Shown: positions 58,881 to 64,000 of the stretch, piece by piece
How the letters are laid out: each line of letters opens with the position of its first letter
Numbering within the stretch: the stretch's first letter is position 1
Source: a virus
Direction: 5' to 3' (one strand)
Virus record (IMG/VR): IMGVR_UViG_3300028800_000005
Location: 32,001 to 96,000 of that record
Length of the DNA stretch: 64,000 nucleotides
Program-made: the position numbers and the translations under genes
Notes under the pieces: generated by a model
Databases searched by the model: none
What the model was told of the DNA's origin: nothing
The model's input: only the letters and a program-made list of their open reading frames with translations

Positions 58881-59446
58881 AGGGCCCCCCGGGTAATTTT
58901 CCCGGAGGGGCCCTTGACTGTCTGCGACGGGGGATGATACGGTCGTAACTCGTCCCGTTCAGGGAGACATAGGAAAGGAAGGAACGAGAGTATGCGAAAG
59001 GTGATTCACGGCCTGGCCCTCGCCGTGGCCACTGCGTCCGTCGCGCTGGCCACTGCTTGCGCCGGGAATAAGCCCCCGCCGACCGCTAAGAGCGTCCTTA
59101 CCGGGGACGGTTACAGCGTTCTGGTGAATGAGTCCCCCAAGGTCATTCACGACAGCTTCGGTGAGGCCGCCCCGTACATCGCCCCTAACGGGGTAGCCGC
59201 CGGGGAGAGGGGAAGCACCCTGGAGCTTGTCATCGTCGCTGACACCAGCGCGGACGCGCAGAATGTCATCTATCCGGCCCTGAGCGGGTCCCTCAAGGGG
59301 GCAGGTGTCTCCTGCTCTCTTGACGGGGTGGTAACCCGCTGCACGGGGCCCGTTACCGCGAACTGGGTAAACGGGGGCCAGTAGGCCCCCTGCAACCCCC
59401 CACAGGGCCCCCCGGGTTTGACGTACCCGGAGGGGCCCTGTAGTGT
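58881..59446 (+). promoter_or_regulatory. Two promoters, each paired with the same GC-rich inverted repeat
   Basis: AGGGCCCCCCGGGT..CCCGGAGGGGCCCT at 58881-58914 and 59404-59439; TTGACT-N18-TACGGT (58914) and TTGACG-N17-TAGTGT (59418). Confidence 0.7.
58992..59384 (+). CDS. Lipoprotein
   Basis: MRK, hydrophobic core, LATAC lipobox-like site. Confidence 0.75.
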   Translation: MRKVIHGLALAVATASVALATACAGNKPPPTAKSVLTGDGYSVLVNESPKVIHDSFGEAAPYIAPNGVAAGERGSTLELVIVADTSADAQNVIYPALSGSLKGAGVSCSLDGVVTRCTGPVTANWVNGGQ

Positions 59447-59487
59447 GGACGGACAGGTAAAAAGAGCGAGTGAGAGGAGAACCTCAG

Positions 59488-60111
59488 ATGATCGCCCTGA
59501 CACCGATTCCGGTACTGCTACTGGCCTCACTTAGTCCGTTCCATATGACCGCACCGCCAGCCGCGCACCACGCACCACCCCCGGCCGCGACCGCCAGGGC
59601 TCACCACGCCCCGGCACCGCACAAGGCGCACAAGGCCCGCGCCAAGGAAACCCCGTACCACGTCTGGGACACCACGGTCCCGTCGAACGTCCCGGCCGGA
59701 AAGCGCGCCGCGTTCTACGCGAACGGCGCTTACGCCGCGACCGTCTCACAGACCGCCGGGCACACCCCGGTCCTGTGGATCGACGTCTTCGGGTCGAACC
59801 CGAACGCTAACGTCGTCGATGTAGAGCCCGGTGACGCGACCGCGTCGCAGGCCGCCGCATGGGCACACGCCCGCGTCGACCTCCACCCCGGCCAGACCGC
59901 GATTATCTACGTCGCTAAGTGCCACTGGCAGGACGTCAAGAACGCCGTCTCTGCCCTACCGAAGCACGTTCAGGATAACGTCCGCTACTGGATCACGGAC
60001 CCGACCGGCGTGGACCATGTCGTCCCCGGCTCGCAGGCGACCCAGTGGCACTGGGACGCGAACGTGGACATCTCAACTGTCCTCCCGTCACTGACGAAGG
60101 CAGGTGCCTGA
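59488..60111 (+). CDS. Secreted GH25-like (TIM-barrel) glycoside hydrolase
   Basis: Hydrophobic N-terminus, His/Pro/Ala linker, WD..FY.NG.Y..DVEPGDA..IY..W..Q..Q..DIS. Confidence 0.6.
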   Translation: MIALTPIPVLLLASLSPFHMTAPPAAHHAPPPAATARAHHAPAPHKAHKARAKETPYHVWDTTVPSNVPAGKRAAFYANGAYAATVSQTAGHTPVLWIDVFGSNPNANVVDVEPGDATASQAAAWAHARVDLHPGQTAIIYVAKCHWQDVKNAVSALPKHVQDNVRYWITDPTGVDHVVPGSQATQWHWDANVDISTVLPSLTKAGA

Positions 60112-60668
60112 TGATTATCGCCCCGATGCTGATGATCGCCGTCACGGCGAACAGCCACCACCATCCCGTCGCCTCAGCCCACCGGCACCACCACAGTGCC
60201 CCTGTACGGCCCGCAGCGCGCCACCACAGGCACCACAAGGCCCAGGTGACCATACCGCTGCCAACCGGCCCGATGCAGAACGCAGGGAGCATCTACCGGG
60301 GCCTGAGGGGCATGGGCCTCAGCCCCGCCGCTGCGGCCGGTGTCGAAGGGAACCTCTACCAGGAGTCCCACGGGGACCCGCACAGCTACAACCCGGTCGG
60401 CGGGGGACTGTTCGGGCTGACGAACCAGAACGGCGGGTCGCCGTCCGGCGGATCGCTCCAGAGTGAGCTTCAGAAGCTCCACGTCTACATCACCACGAAC
60501 GGCTCCGTCCAGGACGTGAACGCGCACGCGACCGGCAGCACCCAGACGCAAAAGGCCGCGAACGTCGCGAACGATTTCGTCCAGCGGTATGAGCGCGCGG
60601 GAATTCCCGCCAGCGGGACCCGCATGCAGGCCGCTAAGCACTTCGCCCAGGCGCAGGGGGGATCATGA
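60111..60668 (+). CDS. Secreted phage-tail-lysozyme-family muramidase
   Basis: GLSPAAAAGVEGNLYQES..P..GLFG..F...YERAG..R; His-rich linker. Confidence 0.8.
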   Translation: MIIAPMLMIAVTANSHHHPVASAHRHHHSAPVRPAARHHRHHKAQVTIPLPTGPMQNAGSIYRGLRGMGLSPAAAAGVEGNLYQESHGDPHSYNPVGGGLFGLTNQNGGSPSGGSLQSELQKLHVYITTNGSVQDVNAHATGSTQTQKAANVANDFVQRYERAGIPASGTRMQAAKHFAQAQGGS

Positions 60669-61453
60669 CACGCAAGATCATCGCGGCGACCGTCGCTGCC
60701 GCCAGCGTTGCCACGGGAGTGGCCCTGGCCGTCCCGGTGAGCGCGTCTGTGCCACCGCCGGTCACGGTCAGCGGTAACGGCTCCACCCAGACGCACACCA
60801 GCCCCCAGTTCGCTCTCCACGCGGGCGGGGCGGACGTCACCACCAGGGCTGGCAGTGTCAAGTACACCGCGAGCCACCACGGGCCAGTCTCCTGGCAGGA
60901 CCCGTACCTGACGACAGGGTATAACGGAGGCAAGCGGGCGGGGACCGCGCTGCCGGTCCAGCTCGGCAAGCAGGGGAACCCGGTCGCGTCGGTCAGCTAC
61001 ACGACGACCCGCGACTTCTGGGGAGACGTCGGATTTGACATCTGGCTTACCGAGACGCCGAACAAGCACAGCTACGCGCAGATGACGGACGGCGGGCCCG
61101 GCACGACGGAGATCATGATATGGTTCTCCAGCGTCGGCCTGCCCCTTCCGCGCACGGGCTACTACGCGAACATCGACGGCATGAAGTTCGGCACGATCGT
61201 CGGGCTGGCCGCCCAGGGGCACGCTAAGTCGGGCACCCGGGCCGGGTGGAACAACGTGAACTTCATCCTGGACGCCCACAAGCCCGGCGCGTTCATCCAC
61301 CACGGCCACCTGGCCCTGAACCCGTTCCTGGAGTTCGCGGTCAAGAAGGGCTGGGTCAAGCCGCACGATTACATCATGGCGATCAATAACGGCGCAGAAC
61401 TGACCTACGGCGGAATGTCGGTCACCGGGTACTCCCTGACCGGGCTGCGATAG
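60665..61453 (+). CDS. Secreted GH12-like endoglucanase
   Basis: Sec signal MTRKII..PVSA; DVGFDIWL, TEIMIW and YI.AI..GAE, giving both catalytic Glu positions. Confidence 0.75.
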   Translation: MTRKIIAATVAAASVATGVALAVPVSASVPPPVTVSGNGSTQTHTSPQFALHAGGADVTTRAGSVKYTASHHGPVSWQDPYLTTGYNGGKRAGTALPVQLGKQGNPVASVSYTTTRDFWGDVGFDIWLTETPNKHSYAQMTDGGPGTTEIMIWFSSVGLPLPRTGYYANIDGMKFGTIVGLAAQGHAKSGTRAGWNNVNFILDAHKPGAFIHHGHLALNPFLEFAVKKGWVKPHDYIMAINNGAELTYGGMSVTGYSLTGLR

Positions 61454-61461
61454 GAGGCAAG

Positions 61462-61986
61462 ATGGTTTCCCGAATCCTGACTACCGTCCAGTTCGACGGT
61501 TACAGCAATTCCATCCTGGTGGAGCCTCCGGACGAGCGTACCGGGTGGAAGGTAGCACAGATGACCCAGAGCCTGTCCCGTTCGAACGGGATCGCCCAGG
61601 TAACCATTCTCTGGGAACTAGACGAGTACTCATGGCGGGAGGACATGTAATGCGCTGGTCACTAACGGCCTACCTGGCTTCAGAGGCGCTAATCCGGCGC
61701 TGGGAAGCGGAAGCTGACCTGGCCCGGAAGGAAAAGGAAGCAGAGGAGGAAGAGGAAGATGCCTGAGGGAACCAGCAAGCTTATCCGCAAGCGCCCCGGG
61801 GAGCACCCTGAGGTTGTCAGCGACCCCGGTACCGGGCAGATGATGGAGTTCGAGAACCGGCAGATAGCCAGGACGTACGCCCGCCAGGCCAGGATCGCCA
61901 CCGGATGGGAATACTCGATTTACTGGGTAGCGGACGACGGGATGCCGCGCCTGGAGAGTGTCGAGCCCGTAATCCGGGAGGACTGA
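61462..61986 (+). CDS. Small hypothetical proteins (61462-61650, 61650-61766, 61759-61986)
   Basis: RBS and coupling. Confidence 0.55.
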
Positions 61987-62031
61987 CCAGTGAAGCGAGA
62001 AGTGCCAGAACTACCGGAAGGAAGTCTACTG

Positions 62032-62436
62032 ATGACCACACCGAAGGTCTACCTGGCCGGGCCGATAAACGGCTGCTCGGACGCGGAGGCAATGAACTGG
62101 CGGAACACGGTTCACAACCGCCTTGGACCGGGGTACTGCCTTGACCCGATGCGCCGGGACTACCGGGGCAGGGAAGACGACTTCGCGTCGGAAATCGTCG
62201 CGCACGACAAGACGGACATCTTTAACAGCGCGATCGTCCTGGCGAACTGCTCGAAGCCAGGATGGGGCACGGCGATGGAGATCTTCTACGCGTTCTCGCA
62301 CAGTAAGCCGGTCGTTGCCGTGATACCCGAGGACGCCCCCGTATCCCCCTGGGTCAGGCAGCACACTGTCCGTGTATTCACGAGCTTTTTCGACGCCGTC
62401 GAATTCGTGGCCGATTACCTTAAGGCAATTGAGTGA
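62032..62436 (+). CDS. Nucleoside 2-deoxyribosyltransferase-like protein
   Basis: KVYLAGPI..WR..DPMR..D..DI..S.IVLA..GTAMEI.YA...KPVV. Confidence 0.88.
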   Translation: MTTPKVYLAGPINGCSDAEAMNWRNTVHNRLGPGYCLDPMRRDYRGREDDFASEIVAHDKTDIFNSAIVLANCSKPGWGTAMEIFYAFSHSKPVVAVIPEDAPVSPWVRQHTVRVFTSFFDAVEFVADYLKAIE

Positions 62437-62732
62437 TCCCCCGGTACCCGGACGACAAGCTCTTTTACGCGATGGTAAGAGAGAATGTCCTGGACCGTAA
62501 CATGTGGGACGACCTTGTCCAGGAGGCGCGAATCCACGACTGGAAAATGCGAACCGAGCACCCGGGCATGTCCCCGCAGTGGTACCACAAGTGCGCCCGT
62601 CGGCGAATTAACGAGGTAAGCAAGCGCCAGACGTGGACGGGCTACACCAGCCACCGGGGGCACCCGATCGATCCGCTCCGGCGCGCTCATGATTCCCTGG
62701 ACCAGATGAACGGCTGGGGTTCCGAGGAGTGA
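62433..62732 (+). CDS. Sigma-70 region-2-only protein
   Basis: WDDLVQEA.I..WK..WY.K.ARRRI.E..R..DSLD. Confidence 0.6.
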   Translation: MIPRYPDDKLFYAMVRENVLDRNMWDDLVQEARIHDWKMRTEHPGMSPQWYHKCARRRINEVSKRQTWTGYTSHRGHPIDPLRRAHDSLDQMNGWGSEE

Positions 62733-62779
62733 CCCCGGCGTGCTAGGGTGGAGTTACAAGCAATCCTGGGGAGGATGAC

Positions 62780-63706
62780 ATGGCCGGACACCGGTTCGCG
62801 GTAGGCGACGAAGTACACAGGGTAGTTCGCGGAGAGCCCGTGACGCGCTACATCCTGGTGATCGAGGAGGTTCTGCCCGCGCGCCTCTCGGACGTGACGC
62901 GGAAGCCATTCTTCCCGTACCGGGTGTGGGACCCCCGCACCGGCCTGATCTCACATGCCAGCGACGAGTTCCTTACAGCAGCTACCGGGAGGTCATGATG
63001 CCCCGCAAGAAGACGGACTACCGGCCGGTAATCGGGCAGGTTTCCGCAGAGTTCGACGTCATCCCTGGCGTGTCCCACCGCCTGGTGAAGCTACCCTCTG
63101 GCTGGGTCCACACGCGGTACGCGGGGAACGTGCTCACCACCCGTGAGGAACTGACCCAGGAGGCAGTAGAGTCGCTCCTGACAGCCGCACAGGACCGGGG
63201 GGACGCCATCCAGGGCCCGGCTATGCCGGATATCGCGCAGGTCTACGTCATCAGGGAGGCATGATGGGGTTCTACGCCGGGAAGAAGTCCGTGGAGCTGA
63301 AGCAGGGCACGCGTTTCGTGCACCGGCACTACCTCGCGGACGGGGTAAAGCTGCAGGACGTCCGGCAGGACCCGGACAACCCCGATTTCTACGCGATATT
63401 CGAGGTGACAGCAGTCATCTGCGGGCGGGTTTACTACCGGCACACCGGTACCGAGGGCCCGGCGCAGTGGTTGTTCGACCAGGCCAGGGCAGCCGACTAC
63501 GTCAGGAAGGTGCTTTAGACATGATCAAGCCGATCCTAGATGGCATCATGGCATTCGAGCAGGGCGAACTTTCGGCCGAAGAGACGGTCGCGCTGTTCCA
63601 GGAGCTGGTGAACTCCGGAATGGCCTGGAAGCTCCAGGGAAGTTACGGACGTCTGGCGAATGACCTTATCCAGGCTGGCCTGGTGACTACTCCGGACGTG
63701 GCGTAA
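62780..63706 (+). CDS. Four small hypothetical proteins (62780-62998, 62995-63264, 63261-63518, 63521-63706)
   Basis: Coupled ORFs; the last has a phage-type motif I.A.E.GE..FQ.LV.SG.AW.LQG.YGR.A..LI.AG. Confidence 0.65.
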
Positions 63707-63962
63707 CGCGCTGGTAGCTGTACCCGGTGCGACGAGAGGTCCCCTGCACATGGCGGGGGACCTCTTCATTGCTGATTTTAAGTACGTAGTTGCCTTTTAC
63801 CGGCTCGAAATGGCACCAGAAGCGCCCAGTTTTCGGTGCGTGGTCATACTGGCGGGCTAGCTGCGTCGCCGGGCACTTCAAAAGGTTCCCCGGGCACCAC
63901 AAAGGGTGAATTAGCATCCAGCCGCGCTGGTCAAGCTCAATTATGTGTTCCATATGGGCCAT
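63687..63962 (-). CDS. Hypothetical protein
   Basis: GAGAGT RBS-like sequence upstream on the minus strand; H..C..C motif. Confidence 0.55.
   Translation of the reverse strand: MAHMEHIIELDQRGWMLIHPLWCPGNLLKCPATQLARQYDHAPKTGRFWCHFEPVKGNYVLKISNEEVPRHVQGTSRRTGYSYQRVTPRPE
63735..63765. terminator. Hairpin at the convergence of + and - strand genes
   Basis: AGAGGTCCCCTGC-acatg-GCGGGGGACCTCT. Confidence 0.6.
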
Positions 63963-64000
63963 TCGTACTCCTCACATTGCCTTTAGTCTACGGCCTAGAC

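Noticed and set aside
1-64000. Prophage or integration module; stop-codon recoding
   Set aside because: No integrase, repressor or host flank was seen, and genes translate intact in the standard code using all three stop codons.

Overview
A 64-kb segment of a high-GC lytic phage of an actinobacterial host (WhiB, GTP-type PEPCK, SigA/HrdB-like promoters), with a contractile-tail (myovirus-type) baseplate. Nearly all genes are on the + strand and are tightly coupled by ATGA/TGATG/TAATG overlaps. Layout: (1) 1-15.3 kb, tape-measure C-terminus, baseplate and fibre genes; (2) 15.3-39.9 kb, replication, recombination and nucleotide module (HTH initiator with iterons, DnaB, primase, SNF2 helicase, SSB, PolA, RecA, HslV-like, resolvase, WhiB, Cas4-like nuclease, full-length PEPCK, two dNTP pyrophosphatases, EndoVII, SpoVS); (3) 40-54.7 kb, likely late/virion-internal proteins, a nucleotidyltransferase/HAD/TGT-like trio and three tandem Arr-like ADP-ribosyltransferases; (4) 54.9-55.9 kb, non-coding region with degenerate repeats and back-to-back hairpins, possibly the genome end; (5) 55.9-64 kb, early-type small genes plus a cluster of secreted glycan hydrolases. 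The best candidate for a new system is a 12-residue N-terminal leader, M[SA]A[TQ][ED][NV]L[NS]xxQF. It is shared by five proteins of three unrelated sequence types, three of them ADP-ribosyltransferases, and its core recurs inside a HExxH protease. This suggests a capsid-targeting or processing tag for a set of injected effectors. All family calls come from motif recognition by eye; no database search was run.
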